NCBI GenBank assembly: GCA_024137785.1
Contig: JAHRHZ010000063.1
Coordinates: forward strand, 18,414,923 to 18,478,922
Source of the DNA: Ginglymostoma cirratum
Taxonomy: Eukaryota
DNA length: 64,000 nt
Direction: 5' to 3'
Under the pieces are notes generated by a model that saw only the letters and a list, made by a program, of their open reading frames with translations, made no database searches and was not told where the DNA came from. How positions within the stretch are numbered: the stretch's first letter is position 1; every line of letters begins with the position of its first letter. Below are positions 24,080 through 37,430 of the stretch, one piece after another. The position numbers and the translations under genes were made by a program.

Positions 24080-26870
24080 TAGAACATAGGAATAGGATTA
24101 GGTCACTTAGCCCATCAAGCCTGCTCATTGTACCATTTAGTACAATCATGGCTGCTTAAATGGTTCAGTGTCTTTTACCCACACTGTCCTCATAACCCTT
24201 TATACCATTGATAATGAAAAATTCAACAACCTCTACTTTAACCATACTCAAAGATTGATCATCCTCAAAGAATCGGGGTAAAGAATTTCAAAGATTCACT
24301 ACATCTGAGTAAAACAAAAATTCTCAACAGTTCTAAATGGTATCTCCCTTATTTTTAAAATTGTATCCCCGGGTTCCAGACTGTCCAACCAGGGGAAACA
24401 TCTTATCTGCATCTACCTTGTATTCAGTATTCTGGAAGTTTCAATGAGATCATCTCTCATTCTTCAAAACTCAAGAGAGAACAAGGCACATTTGCCCAAT
24501 CTCTCATCATAGAACAGTCTCACCATCTCAGAAATAAGTTTGGTGAATCTTCACTTTAATCCCTCTCTGGCAATAACTTCTTTCCGGAGATAAGGAGATC
24601 AAAATTGCACAGTTCTTCTGGCAGTCTAACTAAGCTCCTGTATAATTGAAGCACAACTTGACTACTCCTGTACTCAAATCCTCGTGCAATGAAGGCTACT
24701 GTTTCATTACCCATTCACCTGCATTTTAGCCTTCAGTGACTTAATGGCAAGGACAACCAAGTCCCTTTGCACAACTATACTTTCCAATCTCACCATTTAA
24801 GAAATATTCTGTATATCTGTACCTCCAAAGTGGATAACCTCATTTTTCCATACTATATTCCATCTGCCTTATTCTTAACCAATCACTAAACATGTCCAAA
24901 TCCTCCTTAAAAAAAACCCTAAAGAATTGAGAGTGCTGGAAATCAAAAGTGAAATCAGAAATTGTGGAAAACTTAGGTCAGGCAGCATTTGTGAACAGAA
25001 AGCAGAGTTGATGTTTCAGATCCAGCGACCTTTCTGACTCACAGAAGCATCACTGGACCCAAAACATTAACTCTTCTTTCTCTCCACAAATGTTTCTCAA
25101 AAGTGTTGTCCAGCTTCCTCACAACACACATTTCTGCTTAGCTTTCTTTCATCTGCAAACCTTAAAATATTACATTTGGTCCCCACATCCAAATCATTGA
25201 GCAGCTGGGGCCCCAAGTTCTGATTCGTGCACACTTCACTAGTCACACTCCGCCTACATGAGAATAACCTCTACATTACTAATCTGTTTTGCCTTTGTTG
25301 GTCAATCCTTAATCCATGCCAATACATTACCTCCAATCCAATCTGATATAAGTTTGTTAGCCAATCTCCTGTGGGCAACCTTATCAAAATCCAAATATAC
25401 TACACCCATCAACTCCCCTTCAATTTTGTTAGTAACATCCTGAAAAACTAGACTATCAGGTCCCAGGGACTTCTCAATTTTCCAACCCACTAATTTCTCT
25501 AATATTACCTTCTTACTAATTGTAATTTTCTACAGCTCCTCATGGTCCTTACTCACTTGGATCTCTGATTCTGGGAGATTTCTTACACCTTCGTCAGTGA
25601 AAACAGGCAAAAAGTATAATTTAGGTTCTCTGCCGTTTCTTTATTCCCCTTTATAGATTCTCCTGACTTTGATTTTCATAGACCCACATTTGTCTTAATC
25701 AAATGTCTCCTTTTTACAAACCTATAGAAACTTGTACAGTTTGTCTTTTATGTAGTTTGCTAGGTTATATTCCTATTTGATTTTTCCTTTCCTTATCAGT
25801 CTTCTTGGTCTGTCTTTGCTGTATTGCAAAATCTTCCCAATCCTCAGATTTATTACTATTATTCACCACTTTATAAGCATTTTCTTTTAATCTTACATAA
25901 TCTTTAACATTCTTTGTCAGCCATCGTTCACTGACCTATTTTGTGTCTTGAGCATAGGAAGGATATCAAGGCATAGCCAGGAGTAGATAAAGTGAAAAAG
26001 GGAGACTTATCGTAGATACTGAAGCCCTACAGGAGTACAGAATGTGCACAGGGAAACTTAAAGGAAATTAGGAGAACAAGTACGGGACATGAAAGAACAG
26101 TGGCAGGTAAAACAAAGGCAAGTCCTAAATTTTTTTTTAGTACATTAAGGGTAAAAGGATAACTGGGTAAAGCCTATTAAGGACCACAGTGCTAACTTGC
26201 ATGGAGCTGGAGGGTGTAGGAGGCAAACTAAATCAATACTGTGTCAGTGTTCACAAGTGAGCGGGACAAAATCAGGAAGGAGGACTGTTATCTACTTAAA
26301 GTAAGCAGCATTGACAGGGAGATTCTGAGTGATCTGGCAGATTTAAAATTGGGTAAACCTAAATGCCAGATGAAACATATCCCAGGCTGTGTGAGGCAAA
26401 TCAATAGCAGGAACACTAGTAATAATTTTAAATTCCTCTCTGGACACAGCAGCAGTGCTGTAGGATTGGAAGACAGCTAATGTACAATTAATCAAGAAAG
26501 GAGCAAGAGGTGGAACATGATTGAGGAGCGTAGACAGGAAGGAACTTTTCCACTTGCTGGAGGACCAATCACAAGGAGGCATTCATTTAATGTAAGGGGC
26601 AGAAGATTTAGAGGGAATAAGAGGAAATTATTTTTCAGATGGTGATGGGCAACTGGAACTCACCACCTTTAAGCGTAGTAAAGGCAGAAACCCTCATAAC
26701 ATTTAAATAAGTATTTAGATGCACACTAATGATGACAAAGCATAAAAGGTTAAGGGCCAAGTGCTGGGAAATGGAATTAGAATAGTTAGGTGGATATTTT
26801 TGACTGGCATAGACTTGATGGGGCGAATGGCATTATTTTTAATGCTTTAATACTATAAACCTCTACACAG
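24080..26870. mobile_element. Cluster of decayed CR1 fragments (- then +) in NDUFS3 intron 4
   Basis: GVVYLDFDKVAHRRL...WIKD on the - strand; CR1 3' motifs. Confidence 0.65.
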
Positions 26871-27667
26871 AACATAGAACAATGCAGCGCAGAACAGGCC
26901 CTTCAGCCCTCGATGTTCCGCCGACCTGTGAACTAATCTAAGCCCATCCCCCTACACTATCCCATCATCATCCATATCTATGACTCCATATTTCAACAAT
27001 TCATCTTCCAGCTGCTAACATATTAATTTTACTGCTTCTGCTGGAAAACAAAACATAAGAGATTCTGTGTGGAACAATCATCCCACCAAGAAAGATATGT
27101 ATTATTAGATGTGAAAGAGCTTAAAAAGTTAAACAAAAGGAGTGCTGGACCCACTAATGTAGTTGACACTTAACTGCCCTCTAGACAACTAGGGATGGCA
27201 TTAATTGCTGGCCTGGCCAGTGATGGCCACATCCTGTGAATGAATTAAAGAAAGCACATCAGGTCCGTCACCAGCTCTGGAGAGAAAACAGTTCTGATGA
27301 AGGGTCACTGGACTTGCAATGTAAATTGTTTTCTCACTACAGATGCTGCCAGATCTGCTGTGTTTCTCCAGAACTCTGTTTTTGCCTCAGATTTCCAGCA
27401 TCAGCAGCTTTTGTATTTACTTCAGAGCTTAAGACTAGAACGTTGACATGTTCTCCATCATCATCTTTTAATATGTTGTTGCTGCAGTACAGTTGTTCTC
27501 CAAATCAATAAAGAAGTCTTCTTTGTAAGATATAACATTTAATATTTGTAAAGCATTTAGAAATTGCAACTAAAAATACGCAAACTTTCAAAGCTGCAAC
27601 AAATGTACTATTCTGTAACAGAATTGTTAAGTTACATTTCACCCTTCCCAACCAATTCTCCAATTAC

Positions 27668-27817
27668 CTCAAACCTAAATGGACGAGAAGGGACATCGAC
27701 TGCAGTTTCATCTACAAGAGATTTAAACTGGGCATTGGTGTGATCCCGAAGGAATGTCAACACTGGTATAATGCCATCTGGATGGATAAAAACCTCCAAC
27801 TCATTGAAACATGTCAC
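27668..27817 (-). CDS. NDUFS3: NDUFS3 exon 4 ([15 protein letters not shown]...RFE)
   Basis: Recognisable NDUFS3 peptide, 150 nt, canonical AG/GT. Confidence 0.96.
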
Positions 27818-28371
27818 CTGTTTAACAAAGACAAAGCAAACAGATATCATGTTTACACATACAGGGTTGATCTAAGTAATAACAGTATAACATATAACAG
27901 GATATAATAACGAACAAGTGAAACAAATTAATGGCCAAAATCATTTTTCCCTTTCAGTCCATCACCATTACTTTCATCATTGGATATATTCATGGGTTAA
28001 ATAAGACTAATTGAAGGAATTAAGAAAGGATTTTTTTTATAGCTTTCTATATCTAACATTTACACAATAGTGTGACAGTGAGATATCTTCAAAACATCGC
28101 TTGGATGAGAAACCCTGCTTGTTATTTTAGGTGACGATTGCCTCCTACTTAACAATCACTTCCATGATGGCACGGGACTGGATTCCAAAACAGGTTTTGG
28201 AAAACCATTTAATAGGCCAAATCACGCAAGGGAAGAGATTTCCCAATGAAAAACCTAACTTCAGAGACACCAATTCAATATTTGGCCACACAACACAGAT
28301 ATTTCATTGATTTATAAAACTGAATAACCTGATTCGTGTTTAGGTATCAGTCTAACTGCTGACACACTGAC

Positions 28372-28469
28372 CTGCACTTGTTGGACGTATTTGGGAAGAA
28401 TTTCAGCAACATATTCACCAAATGCAGAGAGCTGGTTGCGCTGTAGTTCATTCCTTGGTCGGACAGTAG
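28372..28469 (-). CDS. NDUFS3: NDUFS3 exon 3 ([33 protein letters not shown])
   Basis: Recognisable NDUFS3 peptide, canonical AG/GT. Confidence 0.95.
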
Positions 28470-30115
28470 CTGTGAAGTAAAGTCCAGCAATGCTAAGTTA
28501 AATTTCACTGCTCCAATTCCGATCATATTATGTACTATTAAGAAATCTCAAACTTCTTGGTTTATTCTGCAGAATATGCTAATATAAACAGATTATAAAG
28601 TTTTATAAAAAAACGAAAACAGCAATAAACGGTGTAGCTACTCAAACAAGTCATAGGCAGAGTATTCTGCACAGAGTGATCCACCTCCTGACTCTCAAAA
28701 GCTTTTCCATTAATTGTAAGGCACAGATAAGGAGATTGAAGGAATATTCTCTACATCAGAACAGTTGCACACTATTCAAAGGTTACCACACCATCTGGGT
28801 CAAAACACTTCTCGTTTGCCACCCTCTGTAGTTTTAAACATCCACTTTCTCCATCAGAGTAACCTGTCTGCAGTTCTACCTAAAGGATGCACAACAGCAA
28901 GTATTAATCTACAGTCCACAGCAAATTTACGACCTGGCTAGAAAAACAAGAAGGGATCAGCATCAACTTTAGGTTCTGCTTCATGGTACACAGCCCCCTA
29001 ATGCAGACACATAATTCTATCTTTATTGTCACTGTGTCAAAACACTGGAAACACTCTGTCTAAGAAAGTATAGCATGGGCACCCAAACATTGACTGCAGA
29101 GTTCAAGGTAGCATCTTCTCAAAGGCAACTAAGGATAAGCAATTGAGGCAGCCTTGCCAGTGATATATTTGTGCTGAACAATGATGGAGGAAATTCCCAA
29201 ATTAGGTACTTCAAAGGTCAAATAATTACCTCCAACTCTGCACCAAGAACAATCAGTTCAAAAAGTGAATACCAGCTATCTTTGTGACTTCTCTGATCCT
29301 GAACACATGCCTACATGGTGTTTTGTCTGATCTCTTGGTAGTCATCCATCATACAAAATGACAGGTTGTACTTTGTTGAATAGTGCTGTGTGCAATGATA
29401 GTGAATTAACCTCTCCTAAGCATAAGCCTGAGCAAAATTAACGAAGGCCCTCAGCTCACTGAATGTCCTTGCCCCCTTCTCCATCTCCCTGTTTGGGTTC
29501 AAAACAATCCACACCACTTCTGGCATTGGCTTGTTGGTCAGAGTTGTCAGGAAGTTGACAAGAATTAGAGGCTCTACTCCAAACTTTTAGTCAGGACTTA
29601 CTACCTTATGCTTCAACTGTCTCTCTCACAAGGTATCCATAAGGCAGTGGAGCTATCTGCCCATAGCTGGGAGGTGGCTTCACAAGTGCCAGGTGTGTCC
29701 ATGATAGCAGGCCTGCATAGTGTGTATGTGTATGTGTGTGTGTGTTGGTGGGGGGCACAAGATCTCCTCCAGGTTTCTCTGACGTTTAGACTGGTTTTGT
29801 GAGGGACCCCGTTTCCGTACATCACCATAAGGAGGCACAGCCAAGAACAAGCTGGAGGACCGGCTGTGTACACGGACAGGGAAGAACTTACATATTTGGC
29901 TCTTGTTTTCATTTTTATGTCTAGTGGTGCAGCCCAAAAATTAGAAGCAAGGTAATTCTCTTCCACACACTACTAGCTGTTTTATTCTCTTTCAAATACA
30001 GAAGTATGATCTTTACCTTCAATTTGAAAGTGCATATATAGGAGGAAATTTGCGTTATAAATGGGGTCGTTATTCAAACAGTATACAACTGAAAGTTAGC
30101 TTGGCATTTACTTAC

Positions 30116-30178
30116 GCCGTGTCTCAGAAATGGATCCCTCAAACCTGAACTGAGAGGCTACAGCACCACGGCCAGGAC
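30116..30178 (-). CDS. NDUFS3: NDUFS3 exon 2 (GPGRGAVASQFRFEGSISETR)
   Basis: tag acceptor and GTAAGT donor, phase 1-1; matches the RRES...DTRP region of vertebrate NDUFS3. Confidence 0.8.
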
Positions 30179-30807
30179 CTATAATGAAAGCACAATGGCA
30201 AGATTTTTACACCACAAACGTACAAATAAAACAAAACATTTCAACGCAATGAGCCATTTTTCCTTAGCTTTAAATACAATAACGAAGTATAGTAAAGATT
30301 AAAAAGTTAATGGAATCTGAATTACTTGATGAAACGCCATGAAAACCCACAGAAATAACAACTCTTATCAACAGAGACATGGCAACATTTTGAGGAAGCA
30401 CCCTTTGCACAAAGTGAAAAATGAAAAATTAGAACTTCTCAATAAGATAGTTGGCGTTGGTATAGTGTCAAAGTCATAAATTGAAGCTATGTTACAAAAA
30501 TATTATTTCCATTCCAGGCTGAAACAGCAGTGCAATGCTGAGGGGAGTGCTTCATCAGAGGTTTTGCCTGTCAGATATCAAAGCAACGCCAAGTTGGGCC
30601 TGTATATTTGGATGCTCAAAAATGCAACAGCATTGGACCAAGAGACAAGGAGTCATTGAGATGAATCCAGAAAAATGCAACCTAACGTGGTGGGGAAAAT
30701 TGAGGGGACCCAGGCGACAGTTCAGAGAAGTGACCAAAATGCGAAATTTCTGCCAGAAGTGTGGTGCACAGTAAAAGGGCTCGTAAAACATATCTCAATT
30801 GCATTAG

Positions 30808-32083
30808 AGATAAAAGGTACTGCAGATGCTGGAGAATCCGAGATAACAAGCATGGGGCTGGATGAACACAGCANNNNNNNNNNNNNNNNNNNNNNNNNNN
30901 NNNNNNNNNNNNNNNNNNNNNNNNNNNNNNNNNNNNNNNNNNNNNNNNNNNNNNNNNNNNNNNNNNNNNNNNNNNNNNNNNNNNNNNNNNNNNNNNNNNN
31001 NNNNNNNNNNNNNNNNNNNNNNNNNNNNNNNNNNNNNNNNNNNNNNNNNNNNNNNNNNNNNNNNNNNNNNNNNNNNNNNNNNNNNNNNNNNNNNNNNNNN
31101 NNNNNNNNNNNNNNNNNNNNNNNNNNNNNNNNNNNNNNNNNNNNNNNNNNNNNNNNNNNNNNNNNNNNNNNNNNNNNNNNNNNNNNNNNNNNNNNNNNNN
31201 NNNNNNNNNNNNNNNNNNNNNNNNNNNNNNNNNNNNNNNNNNNNNNNNNNNNNNNNNNNNNNNNNNNNNNNNNTGTGGGGGAGGGGAGATTTTGAAGCTT
31301 GTGAAATCCACATTGATGCCATTGGGCTGCAGGGTTCCCAAGCTGAATATGATTTGCTGTTCCTGCAGCCTTCGGGTGGCATCACTGTGGCATTGCAGGA
31401 GGCCCGGGATGGACATGTCATCTGAGAAATGGGAGGGGGAGTTGAAATGGTTCGCGACTGGGAGGTGCAGTTGTTTGTTGCGAACTGAGCGCAGGTGTTC
31501 TGCAAAGCGGTCCCCAAGCCTCCGCTTGGTTTCCCCGATGTAGAGGAAGCCACAACGGGTACAGCGGAAGCAGTATACCACATTGACAGATGTGCAGGTG
31601 AACATCTGCCTGATGTGGAATGTCTTCTTGGGGCCTGGGATTGGGGTGAGGGAAGAGGTGTGGGGGCAGGTGTAGCACTTCCTGCGGTTACAGGGAAAAG
31701 TGCCGGGTGTGGTGGGGCTGGAAGGGAGTGTGGAGCAGACAAGAGAGTCGCGGAGGGAGTGGTCCCTCCGGAAGGCAGATAAGGGTGGGGAGGGAAAAAT
31801 GTCTTTGATGGTGGGGTCTGATTGCAGATGGCGGAAGTGTCGGAGGATGATGCGTTGGATCCGGAGGTTGGTGGGGTGGTATGTGAGGATGAGGGGGATT
31901 CTTTTTTGGTTATTATTGCAGGGACAGGGCGTGAGGGATGTGTTCCGGGAAATGCGGGAGACACGGTTGAGGGCGTTCTCGACCACTGTCGGGGGGAAGT
32001 TGCGGTCCTTGAAGAATGAGGACATTTGAGATGTGCGGGAGTGGAATGTCTCATCCTGGGAGTAGATGCGGCGGAGGCGAAGG
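30808..32083 (-). mobile_element. 5'-truncated Penelope-like element (C-terminal/linker region and GIY-YIG endonuclease) ending in the family-A terminal repeat; in NDUFS3 intron 1; contains a 400-N gap
   Basis: Uninterrupted reading frame with VVYCFRCTRCGFLYIGETKRRLGDRFAEH...VANHF...GIN; 11-bp TSD AATTGCATTAG at 30797-30807 and 32084-32094. Confidence 0.9.
30874..31273. other. Assembly gap (400 N)
   Basis: N run. Confidence 1.
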
Positions 32084-33010
32084 AATTGCATTAGTTCATG
32101 CGAAAGTGTAATTTTAGTTTAGTTTGATGTACAGTATTAGCTAACTCCTAAGTAATGTTTCATCTATGTTGAGTTAGTTTGCTACACTAATAGTCTCAAA
32201 ATTTGAATCTAGTCCCTTGATCATTTCCATTAGTTGCCGGGAAATTAATTTCTTTTAAGGAGTTAGTGGTCTATTTGGGGATCATATCGACAGGTGACAA
32301 CATATAGGTGACAGCTCAGGAGGCCATACAGTCGGTTGTGTCTGTGCCACACCTCTACAACCAGTCTCAAAGCTCCAATCTATCCTTGCAGCACTGCAGT
32401 TTTCTTCTCTTCAGGTACTTATCCAATGCTCTTTTGAAAGTCATGATTGACTGGCCTCCACCACACAGGCTGTCCATTCCAGAACCTAATCAGTCACCAA
32501 GTAGAAAAGTTAACCCCCATGTCACCATGAGGAAATGAACCAACCAGTCACTTTAAATTGGCATCTTCTCCTTCTCAATCCTGGCATTAAGGGAACAATT
32601 TCTCTATCTATTCTGTCCAGACCCATCATAACAGTATCCAATATATTAAACCTCCACTCACCCTTCCATTCTGTAAAAAGAATATGCCCAGTTTCTCCAA
32701 CCTATAATTGAAACGTCTTACACCAGAAACATTCAAGTAAATTTTTGTCACCGTCATAAAGCAATCATATCTTTCCTGAAGTGAACATTTCCTGCACTTC
32801 CTATTTTTACTTTAGATTTCCAATCTCTGCACTATTTTGCTTTTATTAACTTGGTATCCATGTCAGCACTTTCCCTTTACTCTGTGGACTTCAATTTTGC
32901 CAGCAGGTCTAATATATGGTTCTTTATCAAATCCCTTTTAAAACCCATAGATAGACATCTCCATTACCTTCATGAAACCATTACCTCATCAAAAAACAAT
33001 TAATCCACAG

Positions 33011-33494
33011 ATAACAAGGTGTGGAGCTGGATGAACACAGCAGGCCAAGCAGCATCATGGGAGCAGGAAAGCTTGACGTTTCGGGCCTAGACCCTTCATC
33101 AGAAATGGGAGAGGGTTCTGAAATAAATAGGGAGAGAGGGAGAGGTGGATAGAAGATGCATAGAGGAGAGGATAGGTGGAGAGGAGGCAGACAAGTCAAA
33201 GAGGCGGGGATGGAGCCAGTAAAGGTGAGTGTAGGTGGGAAGGTAGGGAGGAGATAGGTCAGTCTGAAATCTCCTCTCCCCCTATCCTCTCCTCTATCCA
33301 TCTTCTATCCGCCTCCCCCTCTCTCCCTATTTATTTCAGAACCCTCTTCCCCTCCCCCATTTCTGGTGGAGGGGGGTCCAGGCCCGAAATGTCAAGCTTT
33401 CCTGCTCCTATGATGCTGCTTGGCCTGCTGTGTTCATCCAGCTCCACACCTTGTTATCTCAGATTCTCCAGCATCTGCAGTACCTATTATCTCT
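33011..33494. mobile_element. Penelope terminal-repeat (family A) inverted dimer
   Basis: ~180-bp inverted arms; 13-bp TSD AATTAATCCACAG (32998-33010, 33495-33507). Confidence 0.85.
33072..33105 (-). ncRNA. Minimal type I hammerhead ribozyme-like motif (family A)
   Basis: CTGATGA-A-GGGTCTAGGCCC-GAAA-CGTC: intact core, stem II GGG/CCC, GUC triplet. Confidence 0.6.
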
Positions 33495-36400
33495 AATTAA
33501 TCCACAGTTGCCAGAGGGAAAAGATGAAAATAGAATAACATGAAAGGGAACAAAAATAGTTGGGGTGTAAGACATGTGAGTCAGATTGGAAACAAAGAGG
33601 GTGATATATGTTCATAGGCAGAGGACAAGGTTAGAGTACTTGATGAATACTTCGTATCAGTGTATACTGAGGAAGAGGATGCTGACAAAATACAGGTAGA
33701 AGCAGAGTACGAAAACTGAAATGGAGGAAATAACGGAAAGGCTGTCTGTGCTTCGGGCATGTAAGTCACTTTGTTCTTGTGGGTTGCATCCAAGATTGTT
33801 AAAGAAAATGGGGAAATAGTTGATGGGTTTGCCACAATCTTTCACTCTTCTCTAGATTAGGGAGTGGAGGTGCCAGAAGACAAAGGGCAAATGTGACAAC
33901 CTTATTCAAGAAAGGGTGAAAAGGACATTTCTAATTGATACAAACTGGTGAGACATTAGTGAGGATTAAAGTTTTGAAAATCAAAAAATTAGCAAGCATT
34001 CAAGAGGCTTGAGTTAATTAAGGACAGCCATTTACAGGTTTATAGAAGGTGAATTGTGCATGTCTAATCTAACTGAATTATTTGATGACATAAAACAGAA
34101 GTTCCAAGGGAATGTGGTTTTTGTTGTAAACGTGGATTTTAAGAATGTTTGACAAACTACCACAGAGCTGGGTTAACAAAAATCAGGCTCAGGAAGAGGA
34201 AGGCCAGTGTCATCTTTGATTAAAAGAAATAAAATTACTTACAGATAGAAAACAGTGAGCCATAGTAAATTGTTGTGTTTCAGACTGGAGGGTGGATAGT
34301 AGTATTTCCTAAAGTTCTTTATTAAGGCTTTTTACATATTTACCAATTTTGCCCATGATATATTCAGAGAAGAGGCAAACAGTGAGGTGATATAAACTGC
34401 CTCAAATACTACAAAGATAGGCTCACAGAATGGGCAGAACCTGGAACTGAATGGTCTTGTTGCCAGTTTTGCAGGGTATTTATCAATGACTTAGATCAAT
34501 AGGGTATTCCAAATCTAAATTTGATGATTATGTTAGGTGGCACGGTAAGCACTGGAGACAGAAGTGGGACATTGCAAAGGGACTTTGATAGCTTTACCCA
34601 TCAAACTGTGACAAATACAGTTCTACGTAGGAAAGTGACAGGTCACCCAGAGGAATTACAATGGAGGAATCACTACTTTCCAAGTGAGTAGTGGCAGAGC
34701 ATGGAGATTCAAGTTCTCATGAATGGAATTCACAAACTGCTGGAGAGGGTTAAAAACTCATTTCAGAACCTAACGGAATATTAGACTTTACCTTAAGAAA
34801 TACAGAATGCAAATGGATGGTGATTACATTAATGTTACATAAAGCTCTTTACAAAGAATACCATTGTAAAATGGATACATTCACAATGGAGGTGGGTGCA
34901 CAATGGATTTCTCAGGATAATACCGGCATTGAGGGGACTGAGTGCTTTGCCCAGGGTTCCATTTCTGTGAGTACAGAAGATCCACAGATGATTTAAATGA
35001 AATGTGTAAAATGATTAAAGGCTTTAATGATGGGGAAAGCTCATCAAAACGTGGAATATTTAGAGCTGAAAGGAATGTGGAAATCTAAAACTCACTGAAA
35101 TGAACATTAACACTAGGTCAAGTAAAATTACAAAAATCAACAGGCATCAGATATAAGGCAGCAGGGAATCAATTGAACAAGCAGGACAATACTTCATAAT
35201 TTTTACACAAAGTCTGACATACAGCAATGAGATGGGTACCATCATAGGATCCAACTGTCTTAGCAAATCAGATGCAGTTAAAGCAGTAAGGCTTCATTTT
35301 ACTAAGCTTCACCAGGCAAACGTAGCAGGAGGCAACACTAATTGCCAAAAAATTGTAATTACCAGCTATTTTGTAGTTCTAATATTATTGTAATAATTTA
35401 TTAAATAAAACAAAGTATAACATTTAGCAACCACATGACATCCTAAATTACTTCACAATTAAACACTTAGAAAGCATTGTATTATAGGCAAATACAGAAG
35501 GCAATTTTGCAGGGTCTCACAACCAGCAATTATATTAACTCAGATACTCCACTTTAGCAATGTTGATTGAATGAGAAATAATTCAGCCATTCGAACTTTT
35601 CGGAACCATATTACACTGAATCTGAACCGGATCAGCTATAATCATACTTTGGTGACAATAGCAGGTCAGAGGCTGGGAATTCTGCAACAAATAAATCACA
35701 TCCCAACCACCCTAACGTCTGTTCATAATCTACAAGGAACAACTTAAGAGTATGATGGAATACTATCCATTGCCTGGACGAGTGCAGCTCCAACAAGCTC
35801 AACACCATCCACAACACAGTAACCCAACTGATCAGCACCCTTTCTATCATCTTCAACAATCACGCCCTCCATCATAGATGCATAGTTGGCAGTATTGTAC
35901 ACTAACTGCAAGATTCACTGCTGCACCTCACCAAGCCTCTTTTACCACTGCTTTTCAAGCCCAGAAACTTATACATAAAGTACAGGGACAGAATATATAT
36001 GGGAACCTCACTACCTGCAAGTTCCTCTTCCCTCCGACCATCCTAACTTGAGAATTATATCACCATTCCTTCCCTTTGCTGGGTCATAATCTGGAAATTC
36101 CCTTCCTAACAGCATTGTGGATACACCTGTTATTTTACAACTGGAGCAGCCCAAGATAGCTCACCGTCACCTTCTCAAGTGCATTTTGGGAATGGGCACA
36201 GGTGCTGGCCTAACCAATGATGCCCCACATTCCATGTACAAATAAATTTTTAAAATCCCTGCTCACATTCTGTAGAAAATCCAAATATTGCAATGTAGAC
36301 AAGAACATTCTGAACAATGAAAATAACAGGCTGTTGTTGCTCACATTTCTATCAGTTCAATCATGTCTGACATACACTTTCAACACCATTTTCTCATCTA

Positions 36401-36699
36401 TGTTGCACGCTCATTACTCTGAAAGATTTAATCACTCCAAGATTCACAGCTTTTTGGGAAGATGCAGAAACAGTGACTCCCACTAGTAGATGTAATTTAT
36501 TTCACAAAGTGTCAGTTTAATCTAACAAAGTATTTTGCCACATATCAATGTTCCCCTTGAGTTTTCTGAAGGTATTACAATTCTCCAGGATCAAGTCGCT
36601 GTTATTCTTGAGGCCTTGAATAGTTGACAGTCAAACCCTCACCTTCAGCCCTGATGTTTCTCATTGCAGAGATCCAAAGAAAATTCCAGGCTCTTCATT

Positions 36700-37430
36700 C
36701 TCCCTACCCCACCTCACTCCCACACCCTCCTAACAGAAGCAACTCCATTCCAGCAGCAAAGTCCACAACCAGCACACCAGCAGCACCCACAAGCCTCCGA
36801 GCAATGCCATAACCCCACACATACTCAGGGACCCCACAGACCGAAATGCTGCAGCAGCTCACTGCCTCTTAAACAGCTGCAGTATCCTCTTCTTCACATC
36901 CCTTCCCTCAGCTGCAGTGCACACTTTACCCACCAGCACCCAAAACCCCCAACAACTGCAGCACCCTCTTGTGCACCCCATCAACACTCTCTCTGCTCCC
37001 CCTCTCCACCAGCTGCAACACCCTCTTCTGCTACACCCATTGCACCCTCCTCTCTGCTCGCCCCTGCCTGCAGCTCCACCCTCTTACCCGCACTAGCTGT
37101 AGCATCCACCCCCTTCTCTCTCCCCTCCACCAGCTGCAGCACCCTGCCCTCTCTCCGCCACCCCCCAACACTAGCTGCAGGACCTGACCCAACCAGCAGC
37201 AGCCCCTTCTCCCCTCCACCTCACAAGCCGTTGCAACCCCCTCTCCCCCATCAGCTGCAACACATTCCCCCCACTAGCTGCAGCACCCTTTCCCCTCTTT
37301 CCCCCCACTCACTGGCTACAGCATCCTGTTCGCCTTGTTGTATAACCCTTTTCCCTTATACCCCATATCCGCAGCACCCTGTCTCAACAGCCCACTTCCA
37401 GTCTCTCCGCCTGCACCCGGTTTATCTGCA
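36700..37430. repeat. C-rich degenerate tandem repeat with a (C/T)AGCTGCAGCACCC core in NDUFS3 intron 1
   Basis: About ten recurring AGCTGCA/GCACCC units separated by pyrimidine runs. Confidence 0.7.

Noticed and set aside
30675-31425. ORFs containing X runs (also 44545-45228)
   Set aside because: Artefacts of translating through N gaps
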